Assembly: GCA_012295275.1 (NCBI GenBank)
Contig: CM022673.1
Location: 17,174,001-17,238,000 of the forward strand
DNA: 64,000 nt
Reading direction: 5' to 3'
Source: Chrysomallon squamiferum
Taxonomy: Eukaryota; Animalia; Mollusca
The translations under genes were made by a program, and so were the position numbers. This document shows, piece after piece, positions 39,312-50,958 of this stretch (position 1 is its first letter; each line of letters opens with the position of its first letter). The notes under the pieces were generated by a model. The model worked only from the letters and a program-made list of their open reading frames with translations. It did no database searches and was not told the origin of the DNA.

Positions 39312-40851
39312 GGTAAAGTAAAATGAAATAGTTTGGAAAGGTGTCAGTAAAAGATCCTTTATTGTGTTCTATCAACAGAAACACATGAAAAAGTTTTATG
39401 GCTTCCTCTCTTTTGTAATCATAAATAACAATTATTAAAAAAAAAAATTAAAAAATTGTTAATAATAATAAGAAAATAAAAAAAAAAAAAAGTAATCAAA
39501 CAGACAGAGTATACATAAACAAATAAACAAACAAGCAAGCAGTTAGACAGAGTGACAGAGTTATATAGATAAAAAGACAGATAAATAAAAAAAAATAAAA
39601 ATAAAAAATATTGTAGTACGGAAAAAAACCCAATTCTCATTACTAACCAATACAAATAGCCAACAGTTTCATCACATCTATCAGCAAAACATAATTATAT
39701 CTGACCTTTCACCCATTAATTTAAAGGTTGACACTTTATCATATTCATTAATTCATTCATTTATCAAAACATCAAGTTTATTGTTTCAGTTAACACTGAT
39801 ATTATAAATGGTGCAAATAAAATAAAATTATATGAAAGAAAAACATTGTAGATCATTATTTAAAAAAAAAAAACATTCCAAAGAAAAAAAAAAAAAGGTA
39901 AAAAGACAGTTTGTTAAACAAATATGAAATTTCTAATAGAAGATGTTTCAAGATTTTCAAAAACCAAAACAGATATGAAATATAAATTATAATATTTGAA
40001 TCTTACCTTTAGACAGCGTATTCTGACCATTGCCTTCCACAAAACAGAACTGTCTGTTCCCTTTTTAATATGAAACTGAAGTTGTTTTCCACGATGATCA
40101 GTGAATGAGTTTGTTCTGAAAAATTAAAATATACAACCATATAAGTAGGATCCCTCCCCACAAAAAAAAAGAAGTAATTTTAAAATAAGCAATCTAAATA
40201 TCAATGAAAAATATAAGAAATATCACAAAAGAAAATATTTCTGTATTGAAATAAAAGTAAAGAAATAATAATAACAATAAGTATGAAAAAAGTATATAAT
40301 ATAGGTATATATAAAATATGAAATATTTTTTATTAACAGTAAATAACTCTTGTACCTAAAACAGTAGAGTATCATAATTAGTTTAACATTATTTATTTCC
40401 ACAATAGATTACACATTACATATTTTCTACTGGCTTGAAGTTCTAAATAACTTAAGTATATCAAAAACAGTAAAAATTATTAGAAATTTTAAGGTATATT
40501 AATGTGTTTTAAAGACAGTAAACAAGGAAGGAAGAAAAGACTTTTTAAATCCATTCATTTATTTTTAAATATGGCCAACTCCATATAAGCAACCATTAAT
40601 AAAATACAACGAGTGCATCATTAAAAAGTATTTTCTTCCTTATTTGTTTTCTGACTACATTAATATGTTGGGTTTTCTTAAATATAAATTAGTGTTAAGA
40701 TAATATATACTAACATTTCATTGAGCTCTTTGATTGATTCACAAAACTGTTCATATGTCAGTGTTGCTAGATGTTTGAAAATATCAAGGTGAGCATGGAG
40801 ACGCTCAGGAATAACTGCCTGGGCTTCAGTAAGACTTGACCCTTGGCCCAT
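37685..40851 (-). CDS. RNF141: RING finger protein 141 (E3 ubiquitin ligase), 227 aa, 5 coding exons
   Basis: Exons 40851-40715, 40115-40007, 39183-39020, 38687-38571, 37841-37685 splice in frame (684 nt). MGQGSS.. LTYEQF..ELN, GTDSSVLWKAMVRIRCLKIN, and C3HC4 RING [28 protein letters not shown]..CPICR; colinear with vertebrate RNF141 as recalled. Confidence 0.93.
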
Positions 40852-41677
40852 TTCAGGTCATGCTTGTACCTAAAATATATTTATGTAAGAAATATATATG
40901 TATATGTATATATGTGTGTGTGTGTGTGTGTGTGTGCGTGCGCGAGTGTATGTGTGTTTGTGTGTATATTTGTCTATAGAAAAATACATTTATACAAGTA
41001 AGAAATATTAACACATACCTAAAATCTATTTATCAAAGAAATATTAGTACTTACAAAAAAAGAGTAAAAAATAATAGAATATCATTTCTATCAAGAACTT
41101 ATTCAAGGAATACTCAAACCAAATAATGTTAAATGCACACGACTGTTTAATGTGAATAAATACTTACATAAATAAAACAATAAAAATGTGACAGATTTTA
41201 TGCATATTGTATACATCATTATTATAAACCTTTGGTTGTTACTCAGAGCAAAATAGGTCACAATTGGAATTCTTAATAATACGCACTGGTGAATTAAACC
41301 TTTGAACTTTATTATTTTTATGGAAAAGTAAACTAATTTCACAAATTCAATTTTTATATATATATATATTATTATGTTTTAATCATAAAATATATGTAAA
41401 AATATATGTAGAAATCTTTGGCATTAATAACTGTGACAATTAAACTCAATGATAACAGACTATATATTTTTGTATACATATGCAGAAAGAAAATACCACT
41501 GTCACTGATACAAAATATACACTATAGTTTGAATTTAATAAATAACTTTGAGAAATAGATAGAAGTCAGACCGTTACTAATTTTAATTTTCAAATATCTT
41601 ACACTGAAAACTAGAAAAGTATTAATTCATCTTATTAAAAAATGCAGTCTATAATATAATTTGATATTATTTCTTAC

Positions 41678-42720
41678 TTATGTTCTTAACATCATCTCTT
41701 TGTTATAATTGTTAATTATTATTATTTTTTTTTTATCTTCAAGGCTTTTAAATTTTTAAATAATGTTATGAAACTGTCTTATTGTGCCACTAGACTTCTT
41801 CATCACCACCATACGACGTTGTCAGTTATGTGATTGTCACAGTGTCAGTGTAATCATCAGAATTTAAAACAAAATATATATTTTTTACAATAATCTATAT
41901 TCTTCCTTTGATTATGATCTATTTAGACAAACAGTTAAATAGACATGTCATGATTACACATTATTAATCAATAAATATTTCTTTCTTTCAGTTACCATCA
42001 GTATTAATTCAATGAAAAGTTTATACACACGAATCTCGATTTCTGGTTTGGAATTACATTTTCTTTTTAGAGTTATCTCCCATAGAAGAAATTAGAAATA
42101 TATATTCAGTTTTATAATTTAAATTGTAATTATATTAATTAATATTCATATAGTCATAACTAATAATCAATTTATTTTTGAACTGAGGTGTTGTTTAAAA
42201 TTGTTCATTCATTTGCTACATAAAAAGAGAAGAAAACAATAGGACATTTTGAGAAATGTGTCAGTCCCTTTTTGTGTACGAGTCCGCTTTCATTAATGCA
42301 TGAATGCGCAAACTGATACGTCACAGATTTGTGTGTACACATATTATACTGAGAGGTGGAAAAGAAGTAAGGCCTAAATTTAATCGTCGCTTATATATGA
42401 CAGATCAAAAATACATCGAACGAAAGTGAGTTAGATTTTATTTTTTGTTAAACTAGATGTGTGAATATATTTCTGCCTTTTTTATCAACATTTTTGGTGG
42501 CACAAGGTTTACAAAGACACACCTGTCAAATGAACTGTACTGCTTGTTTTTCTGCAGTCGAACTCTCGTCTGCTGACTCTTTGATCTCACCGCCACACCT
42601 TTCAAGTGAGGTAACTGAACACGACAATGTTGCTTTGTCACTCAAATTTCCGATGACACTTCTAATACATTTCTTTCAACGAAGCAAATTAATTTACCCC
42701 ATTTAACAGATAATTGCGTT
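41678..42720. promoter_or_regulatory. Probable divergent promoter region of RNF141 (-) and RASSF7/8 (+)
   Basis: Locally CpG-enriched in a CpG-poor window; candidate non-coding first-exon donors on - (gtaag at 41677) and + (gtgagt at 42426). Confidence 0.45.
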
Positions 42721-42741
42721 GAAAAATTATTAGTTATGACA

Positions 42742-42742
<1 letters not shown>

Positions 42743-42828
<86 letters not shown>
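42743..42828. repeat. (CT)n(CA)n microsatellite
   Basis: Directly visible. Confidence 0.95.
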
Positions 42829-44948
42829 TCACTGAGTGACTTAGTATAATTATGTAACTTTTGTCTGTTTTGGAGATCATACATCATAATTATATTTTTG
42901 ATGATTAGTAGTTATGTAAATTACTTATTTTAGTCTTTAGAAATGTTTTTAACTCATTTATCATTTATAATTTAATTAAATAAAAACCAACAAAACAATA
43001 AAAATTGAAAAGAAAAACATATGTAAATATACATAAAAGCTGTAATCCTTACTCCCTATAGTTCTTAAAAATAAATAAATAAATGAATAAATAAATAAAT
43101 AATAATAATAATTACATCAAAACAAAAATAAGATGAAAAAATCTTCACATCTCTAGAACCACATATTATGAAGTACTGGCCATTTCTGTTTTCCTAAATT
43201 TATAGACTGAGTTTTGATAAAATATAATTACAATTACATTGTCGGTTCTAATACGTAATATAACCATTAATTATCAGATCTGGTATTAGAGGGTCTTTAT
43301 TATTTGTTCACTAAAATATTCTGTTTTGCCTACTCTTTTACAATATATATAATTAGCACATTTTGAATACAATTTTTTTAGTCCTGTCTTATTGTTTTGT
43401 TTAAACAGATTGCAGAATTTATTACTTTTTAATGCCATTTTTGTGGCTTTAATGTAATATTAATTTATATAATATTAACACTGTAACAGAAACAGCTTCC
43501 ATTGTATAACATGTGTCAGTAATGTTATTAAACTGCAAATTAGATCAAAATGATTTTTGATTTAGTGAAGAAGCAAAATATATTTTAACCTCTTTAAAGT
43601 GAATATCTAACAGCATTTCAGATATGAAATAGTAGATGATAACATGCAGTCATTATAGATGGGGATGTCTATAGCTTACTAAAGATACTCTATAGCTTAA
43701 TGTCTTTATTGATTTTGACTTGAAATTTTGTTAAATTGTTTTTTATCAATACAAAATATTTACTTTTTTCTTGATTTTACTTGATTTTACTTGATTTTTA
43801 CTTTTATATTTAAATTTCATTTATTTTGCTTTTATTTTACTTGCTTTCATTTAACAGATATCCATAAAAAGGGTATGAGTATATGTGTGTGTGTGAGTGC
43901 ACATTCATATATGCTATTTGGGTGAATTTTACATTTCACACTAGGAGTAGACATAGGAAGGTATTGCTGTAAGATATGTTAATCTGACCAAGTCAGGTGT
44001 TTAAACATTGTTGATCTTATTATTTTATGTAATTGTAATTTCTAATTGTCTGTTAATGGCTGTGAATAAATACCCACATATGGTAGTAAAATACACACAT
44101 TGTGTGTGTGTGTGGGTGTCTATGGTGAATTGCTCCTTAATTATAATTTTAAATATAAAACACAGAATATTTTAGAAATGGCCCTTACCATAGTCATAAT
44201 GTGTAAGTTGTGTTGAAGCTGAATGCTGAGATAAATTCATTTGTATCAATAGTGAGAAACAAATCTATATACTCACTGTGCTGTGTGATTTGAAAACCTC
44301 CCTCAACAAACACTGATCTTTATCTCTGTGCAAATACAGACCCAACCAAAGTTCCCCATCTAAAGATGATTTCTGGATTCTATTGTAAATGGGTTCCTAC
44401 AATGGATTTACTTCATTAAATCATTAAAATGACATTTAACCTGAGTATATACTGAAAACAGATAACATGTTTTCATTAAAATGTTTCATTATATTTATAT
44501 TTTAATAGTTTTAGATTTATATTTGTGACAAAAATAACAGATAGGTTTTTTTTTTGTTTTTTTCAATATTTTTCCTTTCACAAATTTGAAAAAATTAAAA
44601 ATGAAAATATAAAAAATTTAAAAGAATAATGACTAATTCTGAATAAATGAAATAATTATCATTAAAAGTTATGAGATTTTTTATAAACTAAAGTGTTATA
44701 AGAATAAATAATACATGATAAATGTGTGACAAAAGTTTTTGTTTTGACATCAGTTGAAAAAAAATAGTAATGTCTCATTTTCCACTGCACTTCTAAATGA
44801 TCAACATTTAACAAACTTTATATATATTATTATTGTTTCAACTACCTGTAACATGACCTGTTTTAAAATCTTGATATTCTTTTTTTATTTGATTTATAAA
44901 TAACAACAACAATAAGAAGAACAATAAGAACAATTATAATTTAAATCT

Positions 44949-45165
44949 CCTGACTTTAAAATCAAACAGAAGTAACTTAATTGTTTTAATTATTTTTCTG
45001 ACTTAAAATCAAACAGAAGTAACTTAATTTTTTAACTATTTTTCTGACTTAAACTAGAACAATGACATCATTCTTTATATTATTTTTAACTTTAAACTGG
45101 AACAAAAGTAGCTTCATTATATATTTTTGAACATGACAATGAACAGAAGTGGCTTCATTCTTTAC
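44949..45165. repeat. Degenerate ~45-50 bp minisatellite
   Basis: ttaaaatcaaacagaagtaacttaatt..tatttttctgac repeated, followed by decaying copies. Confidence 0.7.
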
Positions 45166-46113
45166 GTTATTGTCCAGCTATAAGTGACAACAGAAAATCT
45201 CTGGTTTCCTGCTGTGTGTGTGAGCTTTCACAGGTTTCAGTTTGTTTTACATGATAGAATGAATCACGGCATAGGAGCAGACGACTCATGAATGATTTAG
45301 CAATTCTTCAGCAGTTCATTTTCATGTGGCAAACCAGTACTTGCATTATGACTAGGAGCAAAAGTCAACAAGCAGCTGTGTACCCAGGACATTAAGTCAT
45401 GTCAGAGTTATACACAAATCCTTTATAATCAAGATTCTGCTGCCTCCTGCTCTTGCCTGCATAATATGTAAAACAAATGGTATGCATTTTTAAAGTGGTT
45501 TGAAATACTTTTCCTAATTAGCATAAATATAGAGCTTTTTTTTTGTTGTTGAAATAGTTAGAAGTAAAGGGTACTCTCTCAGTCAGCTTTTCACATATGT
45601 AGAACAAATTGGACAAGTTTTTAAAGTGGTTGGACAGTTAGAGGTAAAGCCAGACGCATAAATTAACAGGTTTTTATGAGAATTTGTTTGAGCTGCATGT
45701 TTGTGTATGGGCTGTAAGTGATTATCCCAACAGGAGTCTGTGTATGTCTGTGTTACACCAGGTATCATGAAAAGTAGAGGATTATCAGACTTGATGGTGC
45801 TGGGGTCTTGTCGTCTCATTTCAAAATTGTAGATTTACATTTTTGTTTCCACTTCATTTCAGAGTTAGTGCTTTGTTAGCGTAGAAAGGCAAACTAGGCC
45901 ACATGCACTGAATGTTTTGTATAAGTCTGGTTTATAAATGAAAATTTATTGAAATGTCCATCACTTTTAATTTATATTTAAATATATATAAAATATGTCT
46001 GGCTTGTTTCTTTTTCCATTTATTTTTCCTTAAAGAAAAAAAAAAGTATTGTTATTTAAATACAAAAATTAATGAAAACTTTTTAAAATTCCTGACTGTA
46101 GAATTTGGTATTA

Positions 46114-46151
<38 letters not shown>

Positions 46152-48620
46152 AGGAGAACAGCTTCTTTATAAATGAATATTAAAATAATTCAGTAATATA
46201 TACAGAAATTTCAGTGAAAATGCAGACTGTTTTGTGTTTGTACATTATATGAAAGAAAGAAATTTTTTGATCATAGACAGAAAAAATGTATGAAACATAA
46301 AAATTATATTACTGATAGTCATATTTCTCTATTTATAGTTGATGATTATAATAATTATTATCATAATTCTTTTGATTAAATTTTGTACTTGTAAGAAATG
46401 TTTATGTAGTAAAATTTTCTTGACTTTTTCTGGGTGGACATGTCGTAAAAACATGCTTTCTTTCTCTGCCATTAACCTGATATCACCAACTGTATAAGAG
46501 AGGCACTGAGCTAAGTCAAATAGGTATAGAACAGTATAACAAGATAACATTGCATTCTGTAAACAGTGCTGTTCTCTTTGATGAACAACTTCAGGTAAAT
46601 GTTTATAAGATGGTCTCCCTTTGTTTGCGTGACTGGTTCTGTTTGCTGCCTGTGTGCGTGTTGATCCAAGTCATTAAGTCATATCCACACCGGCTGGCCC
46701 CCTGCCAGGATTAGAAGCCAGTTTGTTCTGCCTGCGAGAGATGGACATAGATTACTTACGCTTAGCAGCACTTCATACCTGGTGACCCGATTTCATTTCT
46801 TTACCTACAGGTATATATTGTTATGTACAGGAATATATTTATATACACACTTTTCAACAAGCAGGATTGAGTTACTTATTTTTTTAATTACTAGCAGTTT
46901 GACAAAAGCATAAAATTAATGGCAAGATAATTGTATTGTGTTCATTTATATTTTTGTTTTCTTAATCATGACAAAAATAAATTGATGAATAATGTCTTCA
47001 TCATGTAGATTCATTTTCTTTTCAAGTCATGCGTATAGTATCTAATGGTAAAGTCATTGTCGTTATTTTCATTTTGTGGTTGTAATGAATATATATATCA
47101 TATTGTCAAATATCATTTGGTTTAGTTCATAATTACTAATGCATGAATTAAAGTTTTGGTCATCAGGTTTTTTTTTAACTAAATGTAAATTGGCAGATAA
47201 CTGTTTTATTATGTAGTATTTTGTTATTGTTATAAGGTTGACTGAGAAATGGTATATACTCATACACACGCACACACATGAAAATGTCTTTCTCTTGGTG
47301 GACAAAAAAATTCTAAATTTTACATATTATTATGGAAATAATTATTGACTATAAGTATAAAAATGTTTGTGATTTGACAGTGTTTTATTTAAAACTGGCT
47401 TTGTTTTAGACATACATTATCAGTGGTTTCATCAAAATAGTGTGTGTAAAGCAATTTTATGGTTAATTTCTTAATCAGACTTTTTGTTTCCTGTTTGCAT
47501 TGATGCATGATAGCAGCAGATTGCCTCAGAGATAGTTTTTGATAATGAACAATTTCACTAGATTTAATCTAGTCTTAATGAGTTTGGCTTAGATTAACCA
47601 TCTTGGTGCATTTGAGAAAAAAAAAAACCTTTTGCTTTTTATCCTCTGCAGATAATCAGTATAATTATGATGGCAACAAGTTCAGAAAGAGATATTATAT
47701 CCTCAGCATCAAGGACAAAGTATTAAAAAAAGTGAAAAAGGATTGAAAAACAATATATATTTAAACAAATTTGTTCATTTGTATTTAGTTTTGTTTAGTA
47801 TGCAGTTCTGTTTTTTATAGACTATAATCAAAGAAAATAGTAGTTGTATATCAGAATTTTTGCAAAGATCCAGTTTGGTGTGAATGGTGGGCAAGCTTCC
47901 TGACAAAGAACTTTACAATAACCAAATATTTGTCATGCAAATAACAGTAGCTGAGTAAATGTGATCTTGTATCATTAAATAAACATTCTTTCTTAAGACA
48001 GGATTAATTACATAATAAAATTAATTTCAAAATAAAATACAACCCAAAATTAACCTTGCTTGGGTATACATTTTTTTATTCATATAACATAAATTTTACT
48101 GCTAAGTATAAAAAAAGAAAAAAGAAAAAAAAAAGGAATTTGTTAAAAAATGTATGTTTTTTATTTTCTTAGGTTATGTTAATAATTCTTTTATTACATC
48201 AGCTATCCTCAGCAATATAATACAAAAAGAAGATATGATTTAATGTTTTTACTTCAAACAACTGAAGAATATATGATCAGATATACACAGTATATTCTGA
48301 TAAGAGATAAAGATAAAAACTTTATATTGTGTAAATGTTTCACAGTTCTAACATTTAACAGAGATTATAAATTATTGGTAATAAATGTGTGTTCATAAAA
48401 TCCTTTACACATTACTGGGTCTGATTTTTATTATTCCAATAACTAAATATTATAGAAGAATAACAAACTGGTAAGCTTGGTTCTGGTCTCTATTTGTACC
48501 TTAGAGTTTAATTAGAAAGGTAATTATAACAAAAAGAATTGTAATAAAGACCCTCCAGGTTGTATTCTTCTGTACTCTTACCTGACTGTTGATTCAGGTT
48601 TGTGCTGTGTTGATTTCTAG

Positions 48621-48826
48621 GATCAAAGGTCACAGGTCAGCAGACTGGTAATGCCACATGTTCTCTTATCTTGTTTAATTGCTGTTTGGTGTTTCTTGCA
48701 AGTGCATGGCCATTGTTCTAGGAAATATCATCCTGTACCAGCACACATTGTCAGATATCAACTGTAACTGTGCTTGTCAGCTAGTATAAAAAGAAACAAC
48801 CCAGGAATGTGCAAACTTTTGTAAGT
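48621..48826 (+). promoter_or_regulatory. Candidate enhancer or alternative promoter with perfect nuclear-receptor DR1
   Basis: AGGTCA-C-AGGTCA (48627-48639) overlapping GATCAAAG; TATAAAA 48785; GGAATG 48804; gtaagt 48821. Confidence 0.35.
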
Positions 48827-50878
48827 TCTGTTTTATGATTTTTACTATTATATGTTTTCAAAATTGTAATTATGTATTAGCATTATTTTCTTAAGTAATA
48901 TCTGATTTTTACTAATTTTGTATTATCACTTCTCTGTCTTTCATAGATAATATGTAGTTGTTTACACTTGATAAATAAAATTGTTTATCTGTAAGTAACC
49001 ATCAGTATTTGATTGCCAAAAACATATATATTCTCATTACAAGGAAAGCTAAATAAAAAAAATAAAAAGGATTAGTGAGTCATACAACAACATATAAGTG
49101 TTTTTGTAAAGTTTCTTTATTATTACATGATTAACAAATTTATATGCATCTATTTTGTATTATAGAATAAGAAAGACAAAAAAAAAAAAAAAATTAATAA
49201 TAATAATAATAAAATAAATACCAAATACCCTCAAGACAACATTATTACAATGAATTTTTGTAGCTGAATGTTATAAAAACTAAAATATATAAAGAGGCTA
49301 AATATTCTCATGGTTTAATGATCCCAGCAGACTGTTTGAAGCTTTTTCTCCTTTGATACTATAATATACTTACATACTACAAGTGATATGACTAAGCGTA
49401 TATAGACTGTTGTTGTGAGTGGGGTATGTCGTTGACACGGTTACAAACAGGCAATTATTTTGACTATGACCATCAGTGGCCACTTTGTGTGTTCAGACTC
49501 TTTTAGTTTGTTTTAAACCAAGTGTATCTGAGATGGTTAGCATCCAAACACTGCAAAACAAGCTTATTGTACAGCGCCTGGTATTAAACTGAATAAATAC
49601 ACATTTACTTCTTGTAATATCATAATGTGACATTTATAAGACCTTTTGAACAAGATATAAGTATGTACATGTTGTCAAAATACTTATTTAAATTTTTTTC
49701 TTTGATTTCTTTCTTTCTTTCTCTTCGTCATCTTCTTATGTTCTTTGTGATTTATAGGCTTGCTTTGTACTAACAAAATATTTTCCCCAAAAAAATAATT
49801 GGTAACTGTTATTTGTTTTTAAATTCAGAAGTAGCAGAAAAAGGTCCAGTCACACCTTAGAAAAGCTGTAAATAAATACAAGATAAACAAAAATGATTGC
49901 AATAATTTTTACATTGTTCATGTAATATATATACCTTTCTTTCACTTGATTTTATGACTTGAAAAGATTCTTAAACAGCAAAGTACTTTTGTGATTACAC
50001 CAGTACATGTTAGTTTTTTTTTTTTTTCTCTTAAATTTTTTAAAAATATTTTATTTTAATGCAATCTCTACAAAGTAAATGCTTCATTTACAACCATTGT
50101 TATGTTATGAATGGTTTCTTTAACTGTTCATATTCAAGTGTTTATGTAAAAGCAAGTATTAGAAATATTCTTTCACAAGATAAAGTGTTGTTGACATTAC
50201 CGCAGTGTTCTGTGCAGATTTGATGCAGAGATGTGACACTGAGACACCATACCTCACATAGCTGAGATCACAGCATGGCCAGCTATTGAATATCACTCAC
50301 ATACTTGAGGTATACCTTTAGTTTTCTATACACAGATTTCTGCAGATAAAATTAATGGATATCTTATGTTGTATGTGTTTGGGATTATTTATTTATTTAT
50401 TTTTTATATTTTATATTTTTTTTATGTGTGTAAACATGTGTGTATGTGTATGCATGCATATATGAAATTAAAAGATGTTTTTCTATTTACAATATTTTGT
50501 ATTTAGTACTAATAGTGCTTTTTTAAATATATATTTATAAATCTATATAATTGGTATGCATGTGTATATGTCTGTCTTTGGTTTCACTTCAAGCTGTATA
50601 AATAGATGCTTATACACACTACACTGTACATATTTATAAGCAGGTCTTGTGTGAAAAAGAGCCATTGGGTAAGTCAGAGGTCACAGTGTTAAGCTTGACA
50701 TTTATTTAGACTTGTTAGATGAACACTTCTGATTTGCTAGTAATTTGTAATACATTCCACAGCATTAAGTTCAGGTATATTGCTGAGTTAATCAAACTGT
50801 TGCTAATAAAATATTTACATAAACTATTACAAATAGGTGATTGCATAATCAAATGCACCTTAGTTGCATAAAATTGTT

Positions 50879-50879
50879 T

Positions 50880-50955
<76 letters not shown>
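50879..50955. repeat. (TG)n(AG)n microsatellite
   Basis: Directly visible. Confidence 0.95.

Positions 50956-50958
<3 letters not shown>

Noticed and set aside
44949-45165. CRISPR-like repeat-spacer array
   Set aside because: Eukaryotic context, degenerate units without unique spacers, no cas genes.
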